A stretch of 64,000 nucleotides of DNA from Azolla caroliniana. Its lineage: Eukaryota; Plantae; Polypodiophyta. A program made the position numbers and the translations under genes. The stretch covers positions 12,772,001 to 12,836,000 of the forward strand of contig JBHGNT010000007.1 of NCBI GenBank assembly GCA_043228905.1. Direction: 5' to 3'. Within the stretch, counting starts at the first letter, position 1. Each line of letters starts with the position of its first letter. Below, in pieces: positions 11,760 through 26,700 of the stretch. The notes below the pieces were generated by a model that was given only the letters and a program-made list of their open reading frames with translations, did not search any database and had not been told where the DNA came from.

Positions 11760-14700
11760 ATGCCTGTTCCCCAGTATTCCCCTCCTCATCTTCATCCTCA
11801 TCCTCATCCTCCTCAAATTTCTGCAGCAGCATCAGCAAATCCTCCTCCTTCTTCATCAGGTAAGCATCAAACTCATTCTCTGAGAAAACGTTTCTTTAAT
11901 TATAATCTAACGAAGTCTTGTGATTAACGACGATAAGGATATCTTGTGATCAATTACAAGAAACTCGTCCAACGAAAATGTTTTCTTTCTTCTGTTGATA
12001 CAATTATTTCCATGTGTTTAACGAAGTTATATATGATACCTTGTAAGCCATTGTGGAAATTTCTGTGAAAGAAAGAAAAAATTGCTTCTGTCGATGTGTG
12101 GAATGCCTTCACAATACCTGCCAAGAAATTAAAGAAATTTCTTTCAAGTTAATGTTTTTTCGGTGGATATAATGAATGCCTTGGAATCTTTAATGATGAC
12201 ATATGATATCTGTAAGAAACTATAAAAACCTCTGCGAAAAAAGGATTTGTTTCGATATAAGAAATTCCTTGTGATTAACGATGGTAATGAATCCTCGTAA
12301 GCAATCAAAAAATCTTTTCTGAAGAAAACGTTTTTTTGTGGAGATAATGAGTGCCTTGTGATGAACAATGATGCCATGTGAAAGACATCAATCATTTCTT
12401 TTGTGGATGTAAAGAATGCCTTGTGAACAATGATGATAACTATACTTTCTCAGCAATCAAAAACTTATAAAAAAAAATCATTTCTCATGTGGATGTAATA
12501 ATGCCGTGTGAACAATCAATGATAAATTGTAAGCAATGTTAATATATGCCAAGACATTTACGAGGATAAGTATATCTTGTAAGCATTCCCAACTTTCTCT
12601 GAAACGTGTCAATGAAACCTATACCTTGTCGCTAGTGATGATACCTTGTTTTAATAATTAAACTTTCTCTGGAGACATGTGTCTGAAAGTGATTGCTTAA
12701 TATGAACTATGATGGTAAACCCTCATAATCCTGAAATGTTCTATTAGAAAAACGTTTCTCTGAAAGCTAATCAGTAATACCTTGAATGCATTAAACCTTC
12801 CGTGAACAGTGTTTTTCTTTCCTAAAGCATTGATTTGTGATGATGATATTGCATTGGAAACATTTGAACTCTGACAAATGTTCTCCAGTATCTATGCTTA
12901 ATTTGAACTCTGACAAATGTTCTGCAGTATCTATGCTTAATTCTGAATGATGATTGTAAAGTCTAAGCATTTCATCAGACATGTCTTATAAGCAAATATT
13001 AAACCTTTGGATCTGAAAATGTTTGTCTGATAGTGTTGTATCACATGCTGTGAATGATGCTTGTTAGACTGTACAAAAAACCTTCTGTAAAAATGAACAT
13101 TTCTTTCAAACTTGTGAATAATGATGATGCCTTCTAAGCTATGCTTTATGAATTATGATTATACCTCACAATCATGAAGCCTTCTATGGAAAGTCTCATT
13201 GGAACTAGGACTGGTGATCAATAATACTTCTGTGGTATGCTTTTTGCTGCATATGCCTAACCTTGTAGCAAATCATTCTAAAATGTCCTTGGATAGCTTT
13301 CAATGAAAGCTATGCCTTGTGAGTGATAATCGTAAACCTACTCCACTGAAAGCTATGCTTATGAACAATGATGCCATATTCCATATATCATGTATTTGCT
13401 GTGCTCGATCATTGAAGAATGTACTTTGGTCTCTAGATCTTGTCCTCATGGTGATATTTTTCATGCATGTTCATTGGGGGCGGGTTGATTGTCACTGAGA
13501 CCAGCTTGCTTATGACAGGTTCTCAAGGTCAGGTAGTTTGCAATGGCTGCAGAACTCTTCTTGTTTATCCCCAAGGAGCGGCAAATGTTCGATGTGCGCT
13601 TTGTAGCACAGTAACAGCTGTTCCTCCTCCAGGTATGTGAGGTTCATGGTAATTAAGACTTAATCAATTATAATTTTACCTCCTTGAATGCATATCTGCA
13701 GCTGGTAACTTTGGAGTGATTGATTATGCCAATACACTGCTATAATCTCCTTAATTCACTAAGTGCCACTGCTTAAAGAATTGTGTGCAATTCCCTCATT
13801 TACTTACGAGGACTCTTAGCACAAAATTCCCTGATTCAATTATATGCTATCACAAAATCTTCCTGACATCCATGATATTTAAATCCTATTCAACTGTATT
13901 ATGTATATATGGCTCATCAAAATAAACTTGGAACTCAATGATTAGCTATCTCAAGAATATGATTAACATGTGCATATGTAGTGTTTGTTTGTCTTCCCAT
14001 TTATGGTTGCTAGATGAGTTGGAGGAACTTCAAAAGGAAGAAGATTGTGTAATCATATGGGAGAGAAGAATCTATTGGTGTATCATGAAGCAAATGTGAT
14101 GCATCCCATTTTCCAAACGATTTCTTCATATCTTCCATCCTTTTAGAACCCAACATGTTTCTTTTGTGTGTATTTCAAATCTTTTTATTTGCTTCCCACG
14201 CAATCTTAGGAAGTTGATGTGAGGATTTGTTTTGATCCTGAAGCGATGACCTTTTCTATGCCACGATCTCATGCAGGAACATTTGTGGCATTTTGGCCTG
14301 ACTTGAAGAAACTTCATAAGAAAGTGTGTTTAGACATTTTCAAACTCCTTCCACGTAGACTTGGGGATGCTACCACCCCATACTTCAATCCCATAGAGAA
14401 GCTTTGGTGTTACCAATGTGTCAAAAAGTATTTCATGCAAAGCTAACATTAATTTCTCTACCATGAGATATGTCCTCCAATTTGTAGTAAACCCTATTTC
14501 TTGCTTTTAAGCTGTGGTTGCACATTCATTCCATTGATGGTTAAAGGGAACTTCAAGCCCAATATATTTGAAGCTTTATACAGTTTCTAGTGGCTCATTA
14601 TTGTAAATAGTGCATATTTTATCCATATTTTGAGTCTACACAAGCATTACCTTTGTTTTTGGGCCATTGACTCTCAACTTACTAATGCTTACAATTTTTT

Positions 14701-17700
14701 TCCAATACATTCATAAGCTTTTGGACATCTTACAATGTAGATAATCTTGATAGCATTTGATTGCTCCTATACTTTCTGATAATAAATATATGTTTCCTCT
14801 TTGTCTGAAAGAGAACTATAACACATAATCTTTCTAGCAGTTGATTGTTTCTATAAGATCTTACAATGGATATGTATACAAGTCCATGACAGTTAAATTA
14901 GCATAAAATTCTGAACACATTTTCCCATGAGATTTCTCCAAAAGTTTCTACATGCATTTGCGTTCTCTTGGGTATGGAGAATACTTCGATTATCTTCCCA
15001 TATTCTTCTTTTATCTTTGAATAAGTCTTTTGTATGCATGTAGAAACCTTCGGTGGTTTTTCTCATATTTACCTATATTTAAAGTCATAAGGTACTTTTG
15101 AGCATCGTGGCATTACTTACCATACCAGTTTTTCCTTGAGCAAGATCCATTTGAACTATTGTAAGGCATATATGCTTAACTGAAAAACAATTCTTTGCGC
15201 ATGCAGAAATGGTTTTCATGAAATCTTCTTGTTTGCATTCTAGCGTTGTGCCATTTTAAAACTTTTTCTTTTGTAGCACATCCTCAACCATTATGGTGTA
15301 CATATGTGCTCTCTTTAAGTTTACACAAATATGGCTGTCTTGCACTATGATTTATTTCATATACTCAAATTCTTCCACACATTTTAGGTTGATACGTAAG
15401 TTCCATTATCTGATTTCAGAGTACATAGTTTCAATCACACTATTTCCGTTATTTTCCAACATGTAAAATCATTGGTGTCATTCCACAAAGATACACCATT
15501 TGCAATAAACATTCCATTGCTATTACATATTTGTGGAAATAACTTTCCATATTGATCAAGATCTTTTGGTCTCAATATCCAAGGTATAACATAAGGTAAT
15601 GTTTAGAGGTATGGGACACTGATTATATTTTATGTTCATCTCTATCCTTCTTTCAGGGACAGTTGGTGTGGTTAAACACCCTTAAACCATTCTTTTCCTA
15701 ATCTAAATGTTCATTGCTTTATAATTAGTATTTCAATTCTTAATAGGCATATCCCTAGGGCTGACCCTTGTATACATGCATATACTTGTACATATTGTGA
15801 TTTGCAGATATATTTTTGGAACTTCTCTAGCGTAGTCTAGTAATTTTCATGCTTGAATATATTCATCATTTTTTGCATGATTTATTGATATGATTTTTTA
15901 ATTATGCGTCTTTATTCCATCTCTCTCTCTCTCTCTTAGAATTCAGTTATTGTTTGTCTTTGGGCACATCTTTAACCTCTTTAATAGGGTTAAGTATGTG
16001 CCCAACGAAGAAAAGATGGCCAAATAGGGAGTTGTGACCTATGGAGCCAATTCACATCTTCCACGTCTAAAGAATAGTATAAAAGAGAATAGTAGGGGAG
16101 GAGAAAAGAGAGAGAAAGAAAGAAAAGAAAAGAAAGATATATTAATGTCTTTTAAGAGGCCAAAATGGTCTATAAGACCAAATAAGAGATTACATCTTAA
16201 GTGTTGTCTCGTATTGGAGAATAAATCAAAATCAAATAAATATTACACAGAAAATATAAAAGTAAATAACATGAAAAGAAAAGAAATGAGGGAATCTGGT
16301 TTTTGGCACATGTGAGATCCTCAAGTTAGGTATATTGTAGCTTTCTTCTTCTATATTATAGTATAGGTCGATACAGAATGGAAATGTCTCCGAAGCGAGG
16401 GAAGCACCTACGATGGTGGGAGATAATGGCTTTTATCTGTCGATGACAAGGGTGTCGAGGTCGTGGTCCATGGGGTCGAGGCCTACGTGCACGGCAAATT
16501 GCCATTGCCCGATCAATTGTAACCCCTTTGTTATGTCCTGGTCTAAAGCCCATTTGTGTATCCCGGGGTTGACTTCTAGCATTAGGAGTGATGGGGCTAA
16601 AGAAAGTTGTGATTTGTGGATGAGCTTGTGTGGTTGTATTCTTCAACAACTTTTCCCGATGTCTCTTGAGCTCTAGCAAGAAAAGTCCTAGGCATCGTTG
16701 GTCCTCATATTCCATTACCTTGCGTAGTGGGCCAAAGCCTTGTTTAAAGAGGCAATGGTATCTCTCTCTGATTTCATAAAAGACACTACAATCACAAACA
16801 TAGTGTTCTTCAGATTCCACTCCTTGATGGCACAATTGGCAAATTCTCTCTTCTAGAGGTAGTCGTGTATATCTGCCTACCTCAATCTATAGCTGATGTG
16901 ATGAAGTTCGCAGCTGCCCTATCACACTATGCAATGCATAGCATAGATGTATGTCCATATAAGGTGGCCTGATGACAAATCCATCCTCCGATGTATGTAA
17001 GAAGTGTGTCTTATAGTGGGCCATCTTTGTACCAAGTGGTATTTTGGGGCTGATCCATGTTATCTTGTTTTCCAAGATAATAATATCAGTTCGGATCACT
17101 CTATTCTTTTCCACTTTGGTCATATTTAGATGGGGACAGTCCAAGTTATATTGGAACGGGGGTAGTGCATTTATACTCATGCCATGTGACTTGAACCATT
17201 GTTGCATTTCAGCATACCAACAATGAGTGTCTCCATTTTCAGCCAGTTGTTTTGATGACATAAGTGCCAACCTTGGGTACCTTCGTTTACGGAGCTCCCA
17301 AAGACGTTGGATAAATGTCATTGATCGGAACAACGCCTCAGTTATTATAGGTGCTGCTCCCATCTCTACCCGGATTATATCGTGGGGCACCGATGCTTTG
17401 CTCCTTATCATGCGAGCAATCATTGACACTAAAGGTCTCTCTAAATCTTTCCAATGATTTGCCTTGTTAAGACTCGGTTCCCATGTCTCTACTCCATAGA
17501 GAAGAGTTGGTGTGACAAGTGTATCAAATAACCATAGCTTAGTCCGTGGCTCTTGGAATTGCAAATGTGCACATTGTCTCTTGAGAGCACCAAGAGCTGC
17601 ATATGCACGAGAAAGTCGGGCACAAGCGGCCTTTTGTAAGGAGAACCTAGGTCCTGTAAATGTTACTCCTAGGTATGTGTAGGAGCGTGTGTATTCCACC

Positions 17701-20700
17701 TTTTCCTCTCCCAAGAAGAATTCTGGTTCTCATCTTGTTAGCCATGCTTGGGTGGTGTTAAACACCATCACTTTAGTTTTATTCATGTTGATTGATAAAC
17801 CTTTGTCCGTACAAAATAGTTTTAAGGCATTTAGATGTCTTTGTAGTCCCTCCGGAGAGTCAGAAATCAACACAATATCATCGGCATATAGTAATATTTG
17901 TATAGCTATACCTGCTAGGTGTGCTCCGGAACCCCCAAATCTCTCTATGTACTGTGATACCTCATCTATATAGAGACCGAAGAGTGGGGGGGATAGTGGG
18001 CATCCTTGCTTCACACAATTGTGCTAGCCACCGCCTCTGACAAGCCCTTAGAAGACCGCACTTTTCCTGACATAGATTCGTAGAGTGTATAGATTCCCCA
18101 TTGCATATCTATAGGAACACCCAGGGCTTCTGGCTGCTGTATAACCTGAGCACGTGGCACAATGTCAAAGGCTTTTCGGAAATCCACATGCAGTTTGCCG
18201 ATTGAAGAAGCCATTCTATGGACTGAAGCAAGCCCCAAGAGCATGGCATTCAAAGATCACATCATATCTTCACGACATTGGGTTTCGGATGTCAAAATCT
18301 AATAACTCATTGTATGTTCAGGACAATCCCAAAAGCCCCATCTTCTTAATCTTGTATGTCGATGACCTTGTCATCGGTGGAGAAAGCCTCACCGAGATAC
18401 AAAAGATTAAAAAGCTGCTTTTACAAAAGTTCGAGATGAAGGATCTGAATGACTTACATTATTTTCTCGGCATCGAGGGCATTCAAACTCCAAAAGGGTT
18501 CCTACTCTCACAACGGCACTGTGTTGAACTTGCTCTACAAGTTCGGAATGACCGAGTGTAAGTCCATCTCGATACCCCTTGATCGAAATATGCAGCTAAC
18601 AGCAGATTCTAGAAAATTCTGTGAGCCGACAAAGTATCGCCAAATAATTGGGAGTCTTATCTACTTAACTATCACCCGACCAGACCTGAGCTATCCGGTC
18701 GGGGTTCTTAGCCAGTTCATGGCAACCCCTCGCGACACTCACATGGATTTTGCTAAGCAAGTGCTATCCGGTCGGGGTTCTTAGCCAGTTCATGGCAACC
18801 CCCCGCGACACTCACATGGATTTTGCTAAGCGAGTGCTACGTTATATTAGTGGAACACTTAATTATGGTATCTTTGATAAGCATGGAACACCACTTCAAC
18901 TCGAAGGCTTCACGGATGTTGATTGGGTAGGCAATGCATCTGATAGACGATCCACTTTGGGATTTATGTTTTCACTCGGTAGTGGAGCAGGCTCTTGGAG
19001 CAACAAGAAACAACCAACAGTCGCTCTATTGAGCACTGAGGCGGAGTATAGGGCCGTAGTTGTAACTGCTTGCGAAGCTGTATGGCTTAAAAGATTGCCG
19101 AAAGACTTCAACAAATTGGTGAACAAGCCAATGCTAATCCACTGCGATAATCTCAGCAGCATCCAGCTTGCAAAGAATCCGGTGTTTCACGCCCGGACTA
19201 AGCACATCGAGGTGCAGTATCATTATATCCGTGAGCGCATATTGGCCGGTGACATTGACCTCCAATACGTTGGCACCAACATGCAAGTGGCTGATATTTT
19301 CACTAAGCCACTAGTTCTCGACAAGCTACGGCAATTCTCAGTGGATCTAGGCCTTAGACCACTCGATATGCTGAGCTTGGGGGAGAGTAAAAGTACAAAG
19401 AGGAAGGAAAACATGGAGAATCAGCACGATACAAGAGGAAGAGTGAGACCGGCATCGGCAAAGTAAGGCCGGCACATCTAATCGACTTGTGAGAGTAGGA
19501 ACCCTTCTGGAGTTTGAATGACCTCGATGCCGAGAAAATAATGTAAGTCATTCAGATCCTTCATCTCGAACTTTTGTAAACGTAGCTTTTTAATCTTTTG
19601 TATCTCGGTGAGGCTTTCTCCACCGATGACAAGGTCATCGACATACAAGATTAAGAAGATGGGGCTTTTGGGATTGTCCTGAACATACAACGAGTTATTA
19701 GATTTTGACATCCGGAACCCAATGTCGTGAAGATATGATGTGATCTTTGAATGCCATGCTCTTGGGGCTTGCTTCAGTCCATAGAGCGGCTTCTTCAATC
19801 GGCAAACTGCATGTGGATGTTTGTTTGATTCGAAGCCAGGTGGTTGCATCATGTAAACTTCCTCCTCGAGCTCACCTTGGAGGAATGCGTTCTTCACATC
19901 CATTTGATGCAAGTGCCATCCTTTCTCTGCTGCGAGTGCAATTACCGTCCTCATGGTGGTCATTTTTGCCACTGGGGCAAATGTTTCCTCATAGTCTATG
20001 CCATGGGTTTGAGCATACCCTTTGGCGACTAGACGAGCCTTGAACCGATTGACCTTGCCATCCGTATTATACTTTATCTTGAACACCCAGCGGCAACCAA
20101 TTGGCTTTTTCTTGATTTCAAAGGATGGGACTAAATCCCAAGTATCGTTGTCAAACAACGCGCGCATCTCCTCCCTCATTGCCTCGATCCACCGGGGATC
20201 TTGGGCAGCTTCTTTGTAAGTCTCGAGTTCTTGGTCTGCTGCGACCTTCATCATGAATGCATAGTGGTGGGCCATGTACTCATTGTACCCAAACCTAACT
20301 ATCGGGTTCTTTTGTCGGTTCGATTGATGGAGTTTTCCTTTGGTCACCTCCGGGGCCTTCTTCATTTCATACTTGCTGTGGACCGATTGAGGTAAATGAT
20401 CTGAGTCTTCACCAGATGTCATGTCTTTGGCCTCTTGCTCAGGCATCTTGCCCTTTTTCTTCTTTCTAAGGGTGTAACACCAAGGTGACAGCACATCAGA
20501 GGTTTCTTCATGCTGTGCAAGACTCTGATTGCTGGATGACACCTCAGGTCTAGTCAGGTGGAGTGTGGGCAGACTCTCTGCTGGTTCTCCACCCATAATG
20601 GTCGTTAGCATCTCTTCTTCTTCACTCTCAGAATCTGCTCCAGATCTGCTTGTTTTGAGCACGGTGGGGGTCACTGATGTTGGGCCATACCATGATGTCA

Positions 20701-23700
20701 CCTCATCAAATACCACATCTCGGCTTACTCGTGACTATCGAGTGATGGGGTTAAAACACTTATAACCCTTTTGCTCAAGTGAGTAACCGACAAGGATCAT
20801 CTTCTCCGATTTTGGGTCAAGCTTTCTCCGCTTCTCATCGGGGACATGCACAAATGCAATGCTGCCAAAAACCTTCATGTTATGGTCATGACCATTTAAT
20901 ACTTCAAGTGCAAAAGGTTTGGCTTTGTCCCAAAATACTTCTTGTGAGGGGTGATGTCATGGACACCCTCGGTCGTGCACCTATTGATGAGATACAAAGC
21001 CGTAACTGCTGCCTCTGCCCAATAAATCTTGGGCATGTTCTTCTCCTGCAGCATGGCGCGGGCCATCTCAAGAATTGTACGATTCTTCCGCTCAGCAACA
21101 CTGTTTTGTTGTGGTGTGTACCGGCAAGAGAATTCCCGGCGAATCCCCTTCTCTTCTTGAAAGGCTTTGAACTCGGTTGAGAAGTATTCTTGGCCACCAT
21201 CAGACCATAAGCATCGAATCTTGCAATTCATCTCATTTTCCACACGATTCTTTAACTTGAGAAAGTGGGAGAAGACCTCACTTTTCGACTTCATCGGGCA
21301 TATCCAAGTATGCCGCGAATAGTCGTCAATGAAGGTAACGAAGTACCTACACCCACCGATTGTCATTGTTTGAACTGGGCCTCATACATCTGAGTGGATG
21401 ACGTCCAGCAAGCCTTTACTCACATTTCTTTCGCTTAGGAATGGATGCCTGTGTTGCTTGCCTAGTTGACACGCCTCACATACATTATCAGGATGTTTCG
21501 AAGTAAATTGTGGCAAGCCCTGCACAGCCCCTTTTGTTTGCATTGATTGGAGTTTACCGAGGTTTACATGGCCAATCCTTTTGTGCCACAACTCAATATC
21601 AGACTCAACCTTGAGTCCCTTTGCATACATTGTTGTGTTCACCTTGGTCGCATCAAGAATAAACATGCGACCTTCTCTTCTTGCATGAGTAATGAGATGG
21701 CCCTTATGCTCAATGAAGCAACCTTCCTAGTTGAATCGTACTTGCATTCCTTGCTCGACAATTTGGCCAACCGAGACCAAATTCTTTGTGATTGTCGGGA
21801 CATGCAGTACGTCCTTCATGTAGCCCTTGTTGTCGTGATTGTTAAGTGCCAGATCTCCAATGTGCTCAATCATGTGTGTGGAGTCATCAGCAGTCTCCAC
21901 CACGCCGAGTCTCTCGGGTTTCCTCAAATTCATGAACCATTCTTGATGACTTGTCATGTGATTTGAGGCACCTGAGCCCATGAACCAGACATCATCAGGA
22001 TGGGAAACACTTGTTATCATGCTATTCGCCCTGTGTCGCATAACAAACATCGGCCCCTTGTTTTTTATGTCAGCCATCACAGCATAGTTTGTTTGCTTCC
22101 GGGATGAGGCAGCTGAGTCATTCTTCTTCTTCCGACACTCGGCTTCAATGTGGCCAGGCTTTCCACAATACCAGCACTCGGTTTGCTGGTTGTGCCTGGT
22201 TGATGCAGGCTGGTGGAAGCTCCCCTTTCTACCGGAATTCCCTCGGCTGTTTCGACCTTTTCTTGCTGCCTGGAATTAAACTGTTGTGGACCTCGTCCAC
22301 CTTTTCCTTGGCCATTCCTCCCCCGATTTCCACGACCACGACCGTGACCTCGACTGAGATCATCATGTGTATATAGCATCTGCCCATCAGATGCTGTGCT
22401 TTTCGACCGTGTATGGTTCTCCCTTGTTGTGCCATATTTTTGTGCAAGGCTGCCAAGACAGATATGCACCATCTCGTCATCATCAACTGTGACATTGATG
22501 GAGCCAAGTGAATCGCATAAGTCTTTGATCCGGAGGGTATAGTCCGTCACGGACATATCCCCTTGCTGAATATTGTTCAACTCCTGCTGGAGTTGAAGTT
22601 TTCTCGCTGTGGTTGAAGCCGCGAAAATCTTCTTCAAGTTTTTCCACGCTTCTGTTGGGGCTTTCGCATCTCGAATATACATGTGATCTTGCACACATGT
22701 TGCCAAACAATACATTACCCTACTGGCGCCTTGCTGCCATGTGGGGTAGTTGGGACTTGTAATATCGGGGGCTGTTTCCTGAGCTCCCTCAATATAACTC
22801 CAATAACCTTGCCCAACTAAGTACTGTTGCATCTTATATTCCCAAGATGCGTAGTTGTGCCTGGCCAACTTCTCTGTTGGAAATGCGCTACCCATTTGTG
22901 CATTCATCTCTCTGATTTAGCTTGATTCGTATGCTCCTGTTAATGTAAGCCTCTTGCCGTGCAACATTACACCGATGATAGCTGGTTTGAAACAGCGTCT
23001 CTAGCTGCTCACACAGTTTCAATGGTAGAGCTCAGTGAAGGATCTCTAACCCTCACGCTCTGATACCATGTAAAGAATCTAACTCTAGTAGAGTTGAGTA
23101 TTCAGAAGCGTAGTGTGTTTGTGTGAGAGTGGGTGAATAAGCAAGAGAAGAAATCAGAGAGAATAACCAGAAAATAATAAGAAAATACACAATAGGGGGA
23201 TGACAGCTTATGCACTGAAGAGAGCTATATTAATTAACTAAAGATCATCAACTAAACTAAATGGCCAAAGGGGGTTTTATATACAAGTCCTCAAGGGACT
23301 GCCCTATTAAATGTGTTGGTGGAATCTAACCAAATATCCACTTGAGTACGATTTTGTCATAAGAATATGTAATATTCTTTGACCACACTAACACTCGACA
23401 ACTACATGGATTACAATAAAGTGTGCTCTCACATACTCGACAACTACACGGATTACAATAAAGTGTGCTCACACACTTTTTCACACATCGTCCTTTTCTT
23501 CATGAACACATGTTCACACAAGTTGAGCTTGATTCTTAACAGTACCACTCAAGTAGCGAAAGATGTGCTTAACTACCTGCCAATGCTTAACTCTTGGGCA
23601 ATGCATAAACCTGCTCATCTGAGAGACAGCAAACTGAATATCAGGTCGGGTTATGCATAAGTAAATCAAGCATCCAACGGCTTGCTGATAGAGAACAGCA

Positions 23701-26700
23701 TCGAATGCATCTCCAGCATCATGAAGGCTCAAACGCAAAACCTGTCTCCATGGGAGTGGCAATAGGTTTACAATCTTCAAGGCCAAAACGCTGCAATAAT
23801 GTGACAATGTATTTCGGTTGACACAAAGCTATTCCACCATCAACTTGCATAAATTGAATGCCCAAATAATGATGCAAATGCCCCAAATCTGACATCTCAA
23901 AAGAGGCATGCAAATCAGCCTTAAAGTCAGCAATAGGCTTCTCATTGGGACTAGTGAGCAACATATCATCGACATACACAACCATGATCAGAAATACATC
24001 ATCAGCACGCTTAACATATAAGGTGCTTTCAGTTTGACTATTCTCAAACCCAAATTCAATCAAATAAGTATGTATCTTTTCATACCAAGAACGTGGTGCT
24101 TGCTTCAAGCCATATAATGCCTTTCTCAACCTGCACACTTTGTGTTCATGCCCTTTTTGCACAAAACCACGCGGCTGGGATACATACACTTCCTCATGAA
24201 GATCACCATTTAGAAATGCTGTTTTAATGTCCAACTGATGTACATTCCAACCACGATGAGCTGTAATTGCACAGATGCTACGAACAATAGTCATACGGCA
24301 GGTGGGCACAAAGGTCTCATCAAAATCAATGCCTTTTTCTTGGGATAACCTTTCGCAACAAGCCTAGCCTTATACCTGTCAATTGTTCCATCAGGTTCAC
24401 GCTTTAGCTTATATACCCACTTAGAGCCAATAGCCTTCTTGCCAGGAGGCAAGTCACATAAAGATCATGTACCAGTCTTCATAATAGCATCATATTCTGA
24501 TCTTACCAACACCCATAACTGGATAAAGTGAGTTGTTGGCGCATGTGACAATATTCTCTGTAGGGGTAGGCTCCAATGAAGTTAAGAAATTGCGCTGCGA
24601 GGTAATATGTTTGGTTGCCCCATTGTCGAAGTACCAAACATCTGATTGTACAACAGACATAAATCGTTCAAGTGAAGATGGGTTAAAACTGCAAACAATA
24701 GTAAATACCCATTCTTCATTCTGCACAAGATTTGCAGACTCTGTTTTTGATGCAGAGACTTCTGCAATAACAAGTCCTGCCTCCTTTTTCTTTGCCTCTT
24801 TTGCAGCCAATTTTGGACAGTTCTTCATAATATGATCAATTCCTTTACACTATTTGCAAAACAATATTTGTTTCTGCTCTCGTTTTTTTTCATTCACTTG
24901 TGAATTATTAACAAATCTTTGCTTGCTAGCAAAAGAGTTCCATTTACCTTTGCCCTTCTGACTAGCTAGGAAAGCTTGATCTGTAACACGCATAATAGAC
25001 CTGTTTTGCCTAGACTGATCTTCCTGTAACAAAACAGAGATTAGCTCCTCGAATGATAAGGCATTGGGATTACCTTTCATCATTAAACGAAGAGTAGAAG
25101 CAAAACTCTGATATGAATCAGGAAGACCATTTAGAACGGTTTGCACAAGTGAACTATCTGGTATCATTTCATCAGCAGAAATTAATTGTTCCTTGAAATC
25201 TTTGATTTTTGTAAGAAAACTGTCCATAGAATATCCCCTTCATTCATGTGCTCGCTATCCAATTGTTTTCAGAGATAAGCAACACGAGCCTCATTTCTTG
25301 CTTGGTACAAAGTGGAAAGAGTATCCCAAGCATCCTTTGCTATCTTGCAAGAGCGAATATGGGGAATAATGGCACGTTTCACAGACAAAGCTATCAAAGC
25401 ATGTGCCTGAGCATCTCTGCCATCCCAACGAAGTTGCTCTGCAGTTGGTACAACAGAAACTGTAGCATGGGCATGAGCAGGATGATCAACATCCTCGACA
25501 GAATCAGTACCATCAGCATTTGTGTTCTCAACAACAGGACGTTTTTCAGCCCCTTAAACCACATTCCACAACCCCTTTGCTACTAATACATGGTGCATCA
25601 TACCAAAGAGGGGTTTAGGGTTTAGGGTTTAGGGTTTAGGGTTTAGGGTTAGGGTTATGAGAGTATATATAGACAAGGGGAAAAACCTTCCTAAAGAGGG
25701 AAAAAACGCCCTTGTTGTCCTAAGTGTGTTCACACACATCATTGTCCTAAGTGTGTTCACACACATCACTATCCTAAGTGTGTTCACACAGCATTGTCCT
25801 AAGTGTGTTCACACACATCACTACCGAAATATGTCAACAAAAGGTAAATGAGAAGCTTTCAAGAAAGTCATTTTCTCACATACAAACAAATGTTTTTCAA
25901 CCAAGCACATAATTGGTCAAGGCTCAAATGTCTTTTAAGAAACAAATGTGGCTTAAAAAAAATGGTTTGATAAGGATTTACCTTAGCACCTTTTCAACAC
26001 TTTGGTGACACCAGTACTTCTCTATTGGGTGGAAGTACGGGGCAATAACATCCCGAAGTCCACTTGGAAAGTTTGAAATGTCCAAAAACATTTTCTTGCA
26101 GAGTTTCACCAAGTCAAGAAACAAACATATACAACATCCTTGAGACGGGACAACTTCCCATTGAGATCATGGCAATAGAAAGGGTGGTTGCTTAAGGTTC
26201 AAAAAAGTTCCTCACATTCACTTCTTGAAATCGCATGGGAATTAAGCGAACAAAACAAATAGACAAATTAAAGCAAAAGTGTGTGTTCTTGTTGGATGCA
26301 AGATATAGAAAAATGGTTTGGAAGATGGGATGCAACACTTGCTTCATAAAAGCAAAAGTTTGTTTTCTTGTTGGATGCAAAATATGAAAAAAATTTGTTT
26401 GGAAAATAGGAGAGCGCTTCATAAAGCAAAAGTTTGTGTTTTGGTTGGATGTAAGATTTGGGAAAATGGTTTGGAAAATGGGATGCAACACACTTGTTTC
26501 ATGATGCTTTAATAGATTCCTGTATGAATGAGGCCTTTTTGGTTTGATGCAAGATTTGGAAAAATGGTTTGGGTATTGGGATGCAACACACATGCTTCAT
26601 GATGCATTAATAGATTCCTCTATGAATGAGGCCTTTTTGCAATACCAATGTATCATGACATGGGAAAAATATGGAGGCTCACACTTCACACATTATACTA

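Noticed and set aside
25590-25604. TGGTATGATGCA as a novel PBS
   Set aside because: It lies within gag coding sequence (..[13 protein letters not shown]) and is not adjacent to an LTR CA end.
25715-25825. CRISPR-like array (TCCTAAGTGTGTTCACACA repeats)
   Set aside because: Head-to-tail tandem repeats without unique spacers, inside a eukaryotic LTR, with no cas genes.
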